From assembly GCA_021781995.1 (NCBI GenBank), contig JAJXVT010000003.1, positions 3,112 to 67,111 on the forward strand: 64,000 bases of DNA, read 5' to 3'. Shown in pieces: positions 1-9,235 of this stretch. Every line of letters starts with the position of its first letter. The stretch's first letter is position 1. The notes below the pieces were generated by a model that saw only the letters and a program-made list of their open reading frames with translations, ran no database searches and was not told the DNA's origin. Both the position numbers and the translations under genes were made by a program. This stretch comes from a bacterium (GTDB lineage: Bacteria; Chlamydiota; Chlamydiia; Chlamydiales; SM23-39).

Positions 1-455
1 CTCAACAAGATATTGCCCAAGCTACTAAAATTGCACGTAGTATGGTTTGTGAATGGGGTATGAGCGATGAATTGGGCGCTGTCGCTTATGATGAACGTGC
101 TGAATCAGGCCAATATCTTGGGATGGCTAATTACCACGAAAAAAATTATTCTGATAAAACGGCTCAAGAAATTGATACTCAAGTCAAAAAACTCATTGCG
201 GATGCCTATCAACGCGCTCATGATATTTTAACGAATAATCGTGACAAGGTTCAGTTGATGGCAGATATGTTAATGGAGTTTGAAACGCTTGATTCTACAG
301 ATATTAAGGAAATCATGGAAGGCCGTTGGGATGTAGAGACTAAGAGGCTAAGGTTAAAGTCTGCAGATGAATTGCAGCGAAAAGCCCCACCTCCTATTCC
401 TCCAGCTCCAACAATCAATCCTGTAAGACCAACTCCTGAGCCAGGTTTTAATTAA
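1..455 (+). CDS. ftsH: ATP-dependent zinc metalloprotease FtsH, C-terminal part (5' end upstream of window)
   Basis: Frame is open from the window edge (QQDIAQATKIARSMVCEWGMSDELGAV...), typical of the FtsH peptidase-domain C-terminus. Pro-rich tail, stop at 453-455. Confidence 0.85.
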   Translation, partial: QQDIAQATKIARSMVCEWGMSDELGAVAYDERAESGQYLGMANYHEKNYSDKTAQEIDTQVKKLIADAYQRAHDILTNNRDKVQLMADMLMEFETLDSTDIKEIMEGRWDVETKRLRLKSADELQRKAPPPIPPAPTINPVRPTPEPGFN

Positions 456-456
456 A

Positions 457-531
457 GAAGCTAATGATTTGTCCGTTAAAATCTCCCTCGCGAGATCGTT
501 TTTAACGGACAAAGCTGTGACAATTAGCTTC
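457..531. repeat. Palindromic intergenic element between convergent ftsH and aspS-like genes (family motif TTGTCCGTTAAAA)
   Basis: Outer arms gaagctaat / attagcttc and inner arms tttgtccgttaaaa / ttttaacggacaaa surround a tcgcga centre. The ttgtccgttaaaa motif recurs at ~12648 and ~46105. Probably also acts as a bidirectional terminator. Confidence 0.6.
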
Positions 532-561
532 ATACTTTGTCAGCAGCGCTTTGATTTCTTA

Positions 562-2373
562 TTAGTCACATTTTGAAAATTTACCAAGTTTGGCTTCTGA
601 TAACGCGAGTAAATCTTTTGAACTCATAATAATTGACTCTGTTGACAAGCCACAGTTGAACGCGATGATTTCTTCTTGTAAAACGAGCTGATCGAGATAA
701 TTATCAACGTTGATGAGATTTCCAAAAGGAGGTACTCCACCAACGATAAGACCATAGCGTTCCTCGATTGCAGCAGGAGATTCAAACTCACATTTTTCTC
801 CGACAGCTTCTTGTACTGCCTTCATATCTAGCTTAAGGTGGGCTGGGATATTGAATTGATAGTTTTTTTTCGAAGATTTACCTCGTACGATCAACGCTTT
901 AACGCCTTGTTCTATACGTGTATCTCGAGTAGATGAGGAATGGAGCGCGGATGGAGTTGGAGCATGCTGCATATGCTCAAACGATATTTTTTGTTGATTG
1001 AGACGTCGTATCATGTCATTGCCAATATTTTCTCCACCAAAAAAGATGTGCGCTTTGAGTCGATTGCCAGCTATTCTTTTCGTATCAGATGGAAACAGCG
1101 ACGCTTCTCGAATGTTTTTGAGTTTTAACAATGTCATTGTTAATCGCTCTAATCCCATGCCAAATCCTCCATGCGGTGGCATTCCGTATTTAAAAATACT
1201 TAAATAATCGCCGAAATTGGCGGGATCCATTTGTTTTAAATAAAGCCCTTCGAGCATGGATTGAAAAGTGTGGCGTCTTTGCCCCCCTGATGTGATTTCT
1301 GTACCAGCGCAAAGGAGGTCAAACGTATTCGTAAGTTCAGGCTGATCGTCCGTCGGATAAGCATAAAAAGGACGCTTGATTGTTTTCCAGTCCGTAACAA
1401 AAACAAGATCTGTATTGCGCGTTTCAAAGGCCCATGTGCAAAGTTCTCTTTCTGCGGCAGGACTCAGGTCGGGCTCGTTGCGTTCATCGACGCCTGTACG
1501 TTCAAAATACAGTTGTTGCGCTTCAGCAAATGTAAGCCGTGGAAAGGGGACATCTTGCGGAGCCGAAATGATGCGGCCTCCGAGGGTTTCGATTTCTGCT
1601 GCGCAATGAGCATGTAAATATTGTACAATGAATTTAATACATTGTTCTTGGACGTCTAAAATATCGCGCCAAGTTTTGAAAAATCCCATCTCGAACTCAA
1701 GTTGTTTACCTTCCGAAAGATGTCTTGAGGTTTGAGAAGGTTCTGCTCTAAAAAAGGGCATAAGTGCAAACACTCTTTCATTGACGCCAACCATTATTTG
1801 CTTATAGAGCTGGCTGCTTTGCGCTAAGGTTGCAGGATACCCAAAATAGTCGACATTGAAAAATTCAGCGCCTCCTTCGGAAGAGGCCCCAATCATGTTG
1901 GGAGCAAAATATTCTACGGCTTTTATTTCATCGTGCATGAATAAGCGATAAGCATGTGCAATATCGGCTTGAATTCGAAAAACTGCTGCGATTTGTCTAT
2001 TGCGCAATGCGATAGGCCTGTGATCCAGAACAAAATCGAGGTCTGCATGAACTTCGGGTTTGTAATATTCTAGAGGAGGCACTTCGCGAATAGGGTTTTC
2101 AACAAAAATGGATGGCTCGATGATCTCAGCCTTTGACTGAGATTCTTGAGAAGAGACGGCCTTACCACGGATTGTTAAAATTGAACCGGGGTGAAGACCA
2201 TCGAGTTTGCGGGCTTCATCCTTGCTTTCGATGACGACTTGTGCAAATCCACTGCGATCTCGCAAAATGAGGAAAGTGAGCCTCCCGAATGCTCGGGTAT
2301 TGTTCAGCCATCCCCTCAAAAGGACCGGTTCCCCGATCCTGTTCGGCAATTCATTAGCAAGGATGCGTTCCAT
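562..2373 (-). CDS. Class IIb aspartyl(/asparaginyl)-tRNA synthetase, archaeal/eukaryal-type core, fused to a C-terminal YbaK/ProX-like aminoacyl-tRNA deacylase domain
   Basis: aa 1-~437 hold an OB anticodon-binding domain and the catalytic core, with motif 2 FFRAEPSQTSRHLSE and motif 3 GMPPHGGFGMGLERL, and no bacterial GAD insertion. aa ~448-603 (nt ~565-1032) match the YbaK pattern: KALIVRG...LKLDMKAV...GLIVGGVPPFG...IIAFNCG. Confidence 0.75.
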   Translation of the reverse strand: MERILANELPNRIGEPVLLRGWLNNTRAFGRLTFLILRDRSGFAQVVIESKDEARKLDGLHPGSILTIRGKAVSSQESQSKAEIIEPSIFVENPIREVPPLEYYKPEVHADLDFVLDHRPIALRNRQIAAVFRIQADIAHAYRLFMHDEIKAVEYFAPNMIGASSEGGAEFFNVDYFGYPATLAQSSQLYKQIMVGVNERVFALMPFFRAEPSQTSRHLSEGKQLEFEMGFFKTWRDILDVQEQCIKFIVQYLHAHCAAEIETLGGRIISAPQDVPFPRLTFAEAQQLYFERTGVDERNEPDLSPAAERELCTWAFETRNTDLVFVTDWKTIKRPFYAYPTDDQPELTNTFDLLCAGTEITSGGQRRHTFQSMLEGLYLKQMDPANFGDYLSIFKYGMPPHGGFGMGLERLTMTLLKLKNIREASLFPSDTKRIAGNRLKAHIFFGGENIGNDMIRRLNQQKISFEHMQHAPTPSALHSSSTRDTRIEQGVKALIVRGKSSKKNYQFNIPAHLKLDMKAVQEAVGEKCEFESPAAIEERYGLIVGGVPPFGNLINVDNYLDQLVLQEEIIAFNCGLSTESIIMSSKDLLALSEAKLGKFSKCD

Positions 2374-2381
2374 AAAACCTC

Positions 2382-4490
2382 TTAATGGTGAGCTTCTTGA
2401 GGATTTAATACCTTGTGGCTTAAACGGATTTGACCGCGGTCGTTGATGTCGATTACTTTTACATCGATCATATCGCCTTCTTTGAAAGGAGCATCATGAA
2501 TATTTGCGATTCTTTTGTGAGAGATTTCTGAAATATGGCATAGCCCTTCTTTTCCAAAGATTTCAACAAAGTAGCCAAAAGGTACGACTGATACAATTTT
2601 CCCGTGATATATTTGGCCGATTTCAACTTCTGCTGTTAGGTTGAAAATGATCTTCTTGGCTTTTTCCATTGCTTCGCCATTATTGGATGCGATGCTGACC
2701 AACCCGCTATCATTGATGTCGATTTGCACTCCGGTCTCTTCGATGATCGCTCGAATTTGTTTGCCACCGGGCCCGATTACAATGCCAATTTTACTTGGTT
2801 TGATTTGCATAGTTTCGATGCGTGGGGCGTAAGCTGACATTTCAGCTTTTGAGTGTGGGCAAACGGAAGTCATTTTATTCAAGATATGTGAACGCCCTTC
2901 TTTAGCTTGAGCTAATGCTGCGCGCATAATATCGATCGTAATCCCTTCCACTTTAATATCCATTTGAAATGCAGTGATGCCATTTGCATCGCCGGTAACT
3001 TTAAAGTCCATGTCGCCCAAAGCATCTTCAGCCCCGAGAATATCGGATAAAATTGCAAATTGGGAACCTTCGAGAATTAGTCCCATGGCGATACCTGATA
3101 CTGGACGTTTAATAGGAACTCCTGCATCCATCATTGCAAGGCAACCACCGCAAACGGAGGCCATAGAGGAAGAACCATTTGATTCAGTGATATTCGATTC
3201 AAGACGGATTACGTAAGGGAATTGCTCTTGTGCGGGCAAAATAGCTGTTAAAGCTCTTTCTGCGAGTTTTCCGTGTCCGATTTCACGTCGTCCGGGAGAT
3301 CCGATTCTCCCTACTTCTCCTACTGAAAATGGCGGGAATGAGTATTGTAGATAAAAACGCTGTAGCCCTTCTCCATGCAAATCTTCAAAGCGTTGGCCAG
3401 AAGTTTCGCCGCCTAATGTGCAGACTGCAATAGTTTGCGTTTCTCCACGGGTAAAGAGTGAGCTTCCGTGGGTTCTAGGCAAAACTGCTTGATCGATAGT
3501 AATAGGCCTAATGTCTTTCAATCCACGGCCATCTAGTCGTTTTTTTTCGTCTAAGACCATTTTTCGCATTAGCGAAGATTGTAGGTTTTTATAAGCGAGC
3601 GCTACATCAACTTTAGCATATAAAGGCTCAGCTCCTTCTGGAAATAAAGATTTCATTACTGTTTCTTTGATTTCGGCCAGTGCTTTTTCTCGTTCTAATT
3701 TTGCGCTGATTTGCAACGATGATTCGATGAGTGTTGCTGCGGCTGCATTTACAGCGTGAGTCACTGCGCTAGGAATTGGGCGCAATGTATCTAATTTTTT
3801 AGGTTTTCCTATTTTTTCGGCCCAATGTTTTAGATGGGAGCAAATAGATGCAATAGCTTTATGGCCGGTTTCGATTGCGTTTAACACTTGGTCTTCGGTT
3901 AAAAAACTGCAAAATCCTTCAATCATTAACACGGCATCTTCTGTTCCTGCAATCACGAGATCGAGTGTTGATTGTTTCATTTCTTCGGGAGAAGGATTCA
4001 ATACAAATTCGCCATTGAGCATTCCCACGCGGACAGCGCCGATAGGTTTGATGAGCGGGATGTCAGAGATCGTTAATGCAGCCGATGCTGCGTTGATGGC
4101 AAGGACGTCGGGGGAGTGTGTCCCATCATATGAAAATACATAAGCGAGCAATTGTACTTCATTATAATAACCGTCTGCGAACATTGGACGCAGAGGGCGG
4201 TCGATCAAGCGCGATGTTAAGATTTCTCGTTCGGCAGGACGGCCTTCGCGTTTGATAAAGCCGGCCGCTGTACGGCCTACGGATGAATATTTTTCTTGGT
4301 AGTCAACTCGGAGAGGAAAAAAATCGATTTCTGCACTAGCGGTAGGGGCTGCGCAAGCAGAGGCAAGAACTACTGTATCGCCGCAGTGGGCAAATACTGC
4401 ACCGTTGGCCTGTCTTGCGACTTTACCTGTTTCAAATGTAATAGTAGAACGCCCGACTGGAATTTGGATTGTGTGTTTGTGTTGTGTCAT
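2382..4490 (-). CDS. pnp: Polyribonucleotide nucleotidyltransferase (PNPase)
   Basis: 702 aa with two RNase PH-like domains, KH and a C-terminal S1 domain (GKIVSVVPFGYFVEIFGKEGLCHISE). Classical rpsO-pnp arrangement. Confidence 0.95.
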   Translation of the reverse strand: MTQHKHTIQIPVGRSTITFETGKVARQANGAVFAHCGDTVVLASACAAPTASAEIDFFPLRVDYQEKYSSVGRTAAGFIKREGRPAEREILTSRLIDRPLRPMFADGYYNEVQLLAYVFSYDGTHSPDVLAINAASAALTISDIPLIKPIGAVRVGMLNGEFVLNPSPEEMKQSTLDLVIAGTEDAVLMIEGFCSFLTEDQVLNAIETGHKAIASICSHLKHWAEKIGKPKKLDTLRPIPSAVTHAVNAAAATLIESSLQISAKLEREKALAEIKETVMKSLFPEGAEPLYAKVDVALAYKNLQSSLMRKMVLDEKKRLDGRGLKDIRPITIDQAVLPRTHGSSLFTRGETQTIAVCTLGGETSGQRFEDLHGEGLQRFYLQYSFPPFSVGEVGRIGSPGRREIGHGKLAERALTAILPAQEQFPYVIRLESNITESNGSSSMASVCGGCLAMMDAGVPIKRPVSGIAMGLILEGSQFAILSDILGAEDALGDMDFKVTGDANGITAFQMDIKVEGITIDIMRAALAQAKEGRSHILNKMTSVCPHSKAEMSAYAPRIETMQIKPSKIGIVIGPGGKQIRAIIEETGVQIDINDSGLVSIASNNGEAMEKAKKIIFNLTAEVEIGQIYHGKIVSVVPFGYFVEIFGKEGLCHISEISHKRIANIHDAPFKEGDMIDVKVIDINDRGQIRLSHKVLNPQEAHH

Positions 4491-4526
4491 TTGCCTTTTT
4501 CTCCTGAAAGAGATTATTTGAATTAG

Positions 4527-4627
4527 AAGGTAGAAAACGGCTATAAAAAAACTGGATAGAAATCAGAGAAGAGGACTCAATCAATAAATCCTGTTCTCTG
4601 TTCTCTATCCATACAGTTTTCTACCTT
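4527..4627 (-). promoter_or_regulatory. Long interrupted stem-loop in the pnp 5' leader (candidate RNase III / autoregulation hairpin)
   Basis: aaggtagaaaac (4527-4538) pairs with gttttctacctt (4616-4627). Inner pairs are tggataga/tctatcca and cagagaa/ttctctg. It lies between the rpsO terminator and the pnp start. Confidence 0.5.
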
Positions 4628-4632
4628 TGAAA

Positions 4633-4652
4633 AGCGGGTCGATGGACCCGCT
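4633..4652 (-). terminator. rpsO terminator/attenuator hairpin
   Basis: On the minus strand gagcgggtc-catc-gacccgct is followed by a T-rich tract, 11 nt after the rpsO stop. Confidence 0.6.
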
Positions 4653-4663
4653 CAAAAAATGGC

Positions 4664-4933
4664 TTACTTCCGCAATTTGAGGCGAGTAATCAGGTTCTGA
4701 TATCGCTTTGTGTCTGTGGAATTTAAGTAGTCTAGCAGCTTGCGCCTTTGTCCAACCAACTTCAGTAGGGCCAAGCGTGAGCTATGGTCCTTAGGAGCAA
4801 GTTTGAGGTGCTCTGTCAGTTCTGCAATTCTTTCAGTTAAGATCGCGATTTGAACGTCGGCGGAGCCAGTATCCTTCTCGTGCAACTGAAATTTTTTGGT
4901 GATTTCTTCCTTGGTACCTTTATCTAAAGACAT
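4664..4933 (-). CDS. rpsO: 30S ribosomal protein S15
   Basis: 89 aa; [22 protein letters not shown]...[21 protein letters not shown] is the S15 signature region. Confidence 0.95.
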   Translation of the reverse strand: MSLDKGTKEEITKKFQLHEKDTGSADVQIAILTERIAELTEHLKLAPKDHSSRLALLKLVGQRRKLLDYLNSTDTKRYQNLITRLKLRK

Positions 4934-5063
4934 GGGAGGAAGTTCTCCGAGTTCTGGGTTCTTTCAATGGTTTATGAATTCAACTACCGCGATTGTACTC
5001 TATTTGAACAATATCATCAAGATTTGCTATGCTGAACGTGCATTTTATCTGGAGGAACCCGCT

Positions 5064-5720
5064 ATGACAACAAAATATCATGCTTTACATCCGTGGCTCG
5101 ATGAGATTCTCACGGCTATTAAAAAAGACATTAAAACAGACTACCTACCTGCAGATACAGCTTTTTGCAGAGCGCATTTCGGCAATCGCCCTATAAATCG
5201 GTTGGCAAAAGAGGAGATCAATCAGGCATTTATCAAGACTTTATTAGAAGGTCATGAGGAGATGGATGCATGGGTTGTGAATCGTTGGGTATTTAAACAC
5301 GGCGATGTTTATTCTCATTTTGCTGAGCGCTTATCGGAAATGACAGATGATTTTAATTCTTTAGAAGAGCTTACAGAGGCGCAAAGCGAGGCCATTTTAG
5401 ACGGGGCTATCGAAAAATTTGGCGCCAAGGCTGTTTATTTCTTTTCTTTGCTTAACGATGTTGTGTTTCCAGCTTCGGTATTGATGAAGTTGAAAAAACA
5501 AGCTGAAGAATCTCATGGTGAATCTTTGGCACAGCAGTCTCAAGATTTAGAAAAAATGGATTTAGAAAAAATGCAAGAACGGCATGAGCGCGAAATAGTC
5601 CGTCTTACAGAAAAATATGAATCTCGATTGTCAGGCGTTTTAAAGCGTTATACAGTAGAAACTGATTCTTTGAAAAAACAGGTGCGCGCCCTGCAGCATA
5701 AGATCAACCAAATGGCATAA
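5064..5720 (+). CDS. Hypothetical protein with C-terminal coiled coil
   Basis: The ORF-track frame 4896..5720 overlaps rpsO. The ATG at 5064 is preceded by GGAGGA (5051-5056). The C-terminus is heptad-like (EKMDLEKMQERHEREIVRLTEKYESR...). Confidence 0.6.
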   Translation: MTTKYHALHPWLDEILTAIKKDIKTDYLPADTAFCRAHFGNRPINRLAKEEINQAFIKTLLEGHEEMDAWVVNRWVFKHGDVYSHFAERLSEMTDDFNSLEELTEAQSEAILDGAIEKFGAKAVYFFSLLNDVVFPASVLMKLKKQAEESHGESLAQQSQDLEKMDLEKMQERHEREIVRLTEKYESRLSGVLKRYTVETDSLKKQVRALQHKINQMA

Positions 5721-5724
5721 TATA

Positions 5725-6234
5725 ATGGAAAAATCGCCGCTTCAAAGCAATCTTTGTTCAGAGCAAATGCAAAAAGATATGCGCTTCATGCGCGAAGCCT
5801 TAAAAGAGGCAAAAAAAGCGTTTGCAAACGATGAGGTTCCTGTTGGGGCGGTGTTAGTATTAGACGATCAGGTCATTGCTAGAGGGCACAACCAAGTGGA
5901 GCTGTTACACGACGCAACTGCCCACGCCGAAATGCTCTGTCTTACAGCAGGGGCGGCTCACCTAGAAAATTGGCGTTTATGCAATACGACTTTATATTGT
6001 ACTCTGGAGCCTTGTGCTATGTGCGCAGGGGCTATGTTTGTCTCCCGCATTGGGCGTTTAGTTTGGGCGGCTCCTGATTTAAGAGTCGGCGCGAATGGAA
6101 CTTGGGTCGATCTGTTTAGTGCAAATCACCCCATTCATACTATAGAGGTAACATCAGGTGTGCTGCAAGAAGAAGCGGCTGATTTGATGCGCGACTTTTT
6201 TCAAAAGCGGAGAAAAAAAGGTGAATCAGACTGA
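5725..6234 (+). CDS. tadA: tRNA-specific adenosine deaminase
   Basis: CDA-fold zinc motifs HAEMLCL and PCAMCAGA, with a TadA-like length. Confidence 0.9.
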   Translation: MEKSPLQSNLCSEQMQKDMRFMREALKEAKKAFANDEVPVGAVLVLDDQVIARGHNQVELLHDATAHAEMLCLTAGAAHLENWRLCNTTLYCTLEPCAMCAGAMFVSRIGRLVWAAPDLRVGANGTWVDLFSANHPIHTIEVTSGVLQEEAADLMRDFFQKRRKKGESD

Positions 6235-6451
6235 AATATTGACTTTGATGCGTGAGTTGATCGAGCAACAAAGAAAGGTTGTGCTCTCTTCAGCGCATCG
6301 AATAGTCCCAGGATTGACCGAGGATGATCTTTTACAGCCTAACGATTTTCCAGAATTGGAAATGCACCCTCATTTTCGGCATGAAGAGGGGATTTTAGAC
6401 GGCTTGCAGATCGCTCAAGCGGCTTTTTTAAGAAAATTGCAAGAATCATAA
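6221..6451 (+). CDS. Small hypothetical protein (76 aa), GTG start overlapping the tadA end
   Basis: Co-directional 14-nt overlap with tadA; non-repetitive sequence; no family recognised. Confidence 0.45.
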   Translation: MNQTEILTLMRELIEQQRKVVLSSAHRIVPGLTEDDLLQPNDFPELEMHPHFRHEEGILDGLQIAQAAFLRKLQES

Positions 6452-6456
6452 GGGTT

Positions 6457-6606
6457 CTATCTGCGTTTAAAAAATTGAATTTCACGCTCGTGCTGCACTG
6501 CGGCTTTTCTGCTTCGAAATGTGCCTAAATTCCGCCTTTTCCCTGTTTTTGGGTTTTTTTTGCGAGAATAGAGGCGGTATTGTCCAGAGGCGAGTTTTCG
6601 TATCAT
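6457..6606 (-). CDS. 49-aa highly basic small protein (not in the >=60-aa ORF track)
   Basis: Hand translation: MIRKLASGQYRLYSRKKNPKTGKRRNLGTFRSRKAAVQHEREIQFFKRR*. ATG is at 6606-6604 and the stop at 6459-6457. It starts 15 nt downstream of the 6621..6851 ORF on the same strand. Confidence 0.55.
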   Translation of the reverse strand: MIRKLASGQYRLYSRKKNPKTGKRRNLGTFRSRKAAVQHEREIQFFKRR

Positions 6607-6620
6607 AAGCAGTTTGCTCG

Positions 6621-6851
6621 TTAAACATTTGATTTGCGCTTAGAAATCTCGATCATGCGGTTTCGCTCTTCAATGGTAAGGGCTTCCTCTCCTTCAAGCG
6701 ATACTTTGGCTAACATTGCATCCATAAAATCATCGTCGGGTTGGACGTGGGAGGGGATCGGTTGCCAAATGATAGCTGTCAAACGACTGCACAATTGAAT
6801 GACAGTTTTGAGGGCGGCTCGGATTTTGTGTAATAGGCTGAGTGTTGTCAT
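6621..6851 (-). CDS. Small hypothetical protein (76 aa)
   Basis: Clean ORF heading a two-gene minus-strand unit with the 49-aa basic ORF; no family recognised. Confidence 0.45.
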   Translation of the reverse strand: MTTLSLLHKIRAALKTVIQLCSRLTAIIWQPIPSHVQPDDDFMDAMLAKVSLEGEEALTIEERNRMIEISKRKSNV

Positions 6852-6949
6852 AGCTTTTTTTTACCATAAGTTGAGGTTTTTCTTGTATTTTTCTTGTATA
6901 TGAGGTAATTTACATGGGAAATTTCATCTTTAGAGAGAGAACTGTTCCT

Positions 6950-7270
6950 ATGAAAGAAAAAATACATCCTCCATACCAAGAAGTGTTGTTTATCGATTCT
7001 TCTACCGGCACTAACTTTTTGATTGGCAGCACTTTGCAGCCAAAAGAAAAAGCAATGTTTGAAGGGAAAGAATATCCACTCGTACGCGTACCTATATCAT
7101 CTGCTTCCCATCCTTTCTTTACGAAAGCAGGGCAGTTTGTCGATGCAGAAGGCCGTATGGACAAATTTGCGAAAAAATATGCTCGTAAAGATGCGGAATT
7201 GAAGCAGGCGCAAGAAAAACAAGACGCTGCTAATAAAGAAAAAGCGAAAACACCAAAAAAGAAAAAATAG
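6950..7270 (+). CDS. rpmE: 50S ribosomal protein L31 with Lys-rich C-terminal tail
   Basis: MKEKIHPPYQEVLFIDSSTG...HPFFTKAGQFVDAEGRMDKFAKKY is L31-like. The start was moved to the internal ATG at 6950 of ORF 6914..7270. Confidence 0.85.
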   Translation: MKEKIHPPYQEVLFIDSSTGTNFLIGSTLQPKEKAMFEGKEYPLVRVPISSASHPFFTKAGQFVDAEGRMDKFAKKYARKDAELKQAQEKQDAANKEKAKTPKKKK

Positions 7271-7276
7271 TTTTCT

Positions 7277-8344
7277 ATGGAAGAAAAGGTTCAGCAGCTC
7301 CTGGATAAGCTGCGGCAAGTTGAGGCGTTGCTGGGCCTTCCTGACATCTTAACCGATCAGAAAAGATATCGTCTTTTAACGCAAGAGCATGCCCAACTTT
7401 CGGAACTGAAGGAAGCTTGGGACGATTTATTCGGAATTCGTAAGCAATTACTTGAAAACAAGGCCCTTCTTTCTGTCGAAAAAGATGTCGAAATGTCTGA
7501 GCTGTTAAGGGATGAGATTCGATCTTTAGAACATAAAGAACCGGAAGCTTTGCACAGAGTAGAAACCTTGCTTGTTCCCCCGGATCCGCGCGATAGCCGC
7601 AATATCATTGTTGAATTGCGTGCCGGCACAGGGGGAGATGAAGCTGCCCTTTTTGTTGGAGATTGCGTCCGTATGTACCGCAACTATGCCACAGGAAAGG
7701 GTTGGAAGGTTGAGATGCTATCTGCTGCTGAATCGGAAGCTGGCGGTTGCAAAGAATACGTGATGTCCATGTCCGGCCAAAATGTGTTTCGCCTAATGCA
7801 ATATGAGGCCGGTACCCACCGAGTTCAAAGAGTTCCCGCTACTGAAACTCAAGGCAGAGTTCATACTTCGGCTATCACTATAGCCATACTTCTCGAACCA
7901 AATGACGATGATGATATTAAAATCGATGAAAAAGATTTAAAAATCGATACATACCGCTCTTCAGGAGCCGGAGGCCAGCACGTGAATACAACGGATTCCG
8001 CCGTGCGTATTACGCACTTGCCGACAGGCACTGTTGTTGCTTGCCAAGAAGAGCGCTCCCAGCATAAAAATCGCGATAAAGCAATGCGGATGCTAAAAGC
8101 TAGAATCGCAGAAGAAATGCGGCGCAAAGCGCATGAAGAAATGTCAGCGCTGCGCTCAAGCCAAGTAGGTTCGGGAGATCGTTCCGAGAGAATTCGAACG
8201 TATAATTTTCCTCAAAATAGACTTACAGATCATAGAATTGACCTGACTTTGTATAAACTCGATAGAATTATGGAAGGAGATCTCGATGATGTGACAGTGG
8301 CGCTCGTCAATCATTTCCATCAGCAGCAATTGTCTTCACCATGA
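7277..8344 (+). CDS. prfA: Peptide chain release factor 1
   Basis: RF1-specific PAT tripeptide ([10 protein letters not shown]) and GGQ motif ([11 protein letters not shown]). Confidence 0.95.
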   Translation: MEEKVQQLLDKLRQVEALLGLPDILTDQKRYRLLTQEHAQLSELKEAWDDLFGIRKQLLENKALLSVEKDVEMSELLRDEIRSLEHKEPEALHRVETLLVPPDPRDSRNIIVELRAGTGGDEAALFVGDCVRMYRNYATGKGWKVEMLSAAESEAGGCKEYVMSMSGQNVFRLMQYEAGTHRVQRVPATETQGRVHTSAITIAILLEPNDDDDIKIDEKDLKIDTYRSSGAGGQHVNTTDSAVRITHLPTGTVVACQEERSQHKNRDKAMRMLKARIAEEMRRKAHEEMSALRSSQVGSGDRSERIRTYNFPQNRLTDHRIDLTLYKLDRIMEGDLDDVTVALVNHFHQQQLSSP

Positions 8345-9189
8345 AACATTTGGGCGAAGTTTTACAACTTTCGATTGCTTTTTTAGAAGAGCGGCAAGTG
8401 GCAAGACCGCGAAGAATTGCTGAAGAGCTACTTGCGACTGTGCTAAATTGTAAACGCATGGATTTGTACATGCAGTTCGACCGTCCTATTGAAGAGTCGG
8501 AGCTAGCGATTATGAGAGAGCGGCTGAAACGATGCGCAAAAGGCGAACCTCTCGAATATGTGATTGGTGAAGTGAAATTTTTAGGGTGCTCTATCAAGGT
8601 GGATCGTAGAGTTCTGATTCCCCGGCCCGAAACAGAAATTATGGCTGATTTGATTGTCAAAAGAATTCAAAATGATTTTGTGGATGGGAAAGTTTTGTGG
8701 GACTTATGCACGGGATCGGGGTGCTTGGGGATTTCGATTCAGAAGCTTCTGCCATCATTATCTGTGGCCATTTCTGATATTTCTGATGCGGCATTGTCGC
8801 TGGCCAAAGAAAATGTTTTGGCTAACCAAGTTCCGGTGCAAGTGATTCAAGGAGATCTTTTCGAGCCCTTTCAAAATAAAACTGCCGATTTTATTGTGGC
8901 AAATCCCCCCTATATTTCGGTAGCGGCATTTGATGGGTTGCAACCATCCGTACGTGATTATGAGCCGAAGCTTGCCTTGATAGGAGGAGAAAGCGGTATG
9001 TTGTTTTATGAGAGATTGGCTAAGTCTTTGCCGGAAAGATTGAATGCAGGAGGCGCTGCCTTTTTTGAGATTGGATTTGATCAAAAAGAGGCTGTAAAAA
9101 AAATTTTTTCTCACTATCCCTGGAGAGGAATTGAGGTTTTAAAAGACTGGTCTGGACATGACCGATTCTTTTTCCTTGAAAAGCAATGA
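8341..9189 (+). CDS. prmC: Release factor glutamine N5-methyltransferase (HemK/PrmC)
   Basis: SAM-binding motif [10 protein letters not shown] and NPPY motif (VANPPYI); 4-nt overlap with prfA. Confidence 0.9.
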   Translation: MKHLGEVLQLSIAFLEERQVARPRRIAEELLATVLNCKRMDLYMQFDRPIEESELAIMRERLKRCAKGEPLEYVIGEVKFLGCSIKVDRRVLIPRPETEIMADLIVKRIQNDFVDGKVLWDLCTGSGCLGISIQKLLPSLSVAISDISDAALSLAKENVLANQVPVQVIQGDLFEPFQNKTADFIVANPPYISVAAFDGLQPSVRDYEPKLALIGGESGMLFYERLAKSLPERLNAGGAAFFEIGFDQKEAVKKIFSHYPWRGIEVLKDWSGHDRFFFLEKQ

Positions 9190-9235
9190 TTTTCTCGACT
9201 AAACTGGTTCTCCATAATGGGAGCGTTTTACGCAA

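Noticed and set aside
4896-5063. N-terminal extension of the 4896..5720 ORF
   Set aside because: It overlaps the rpsO start region on the other strand. The internal ATG at 5064 has a GGAGGA SD, so the shorter model is preferred.
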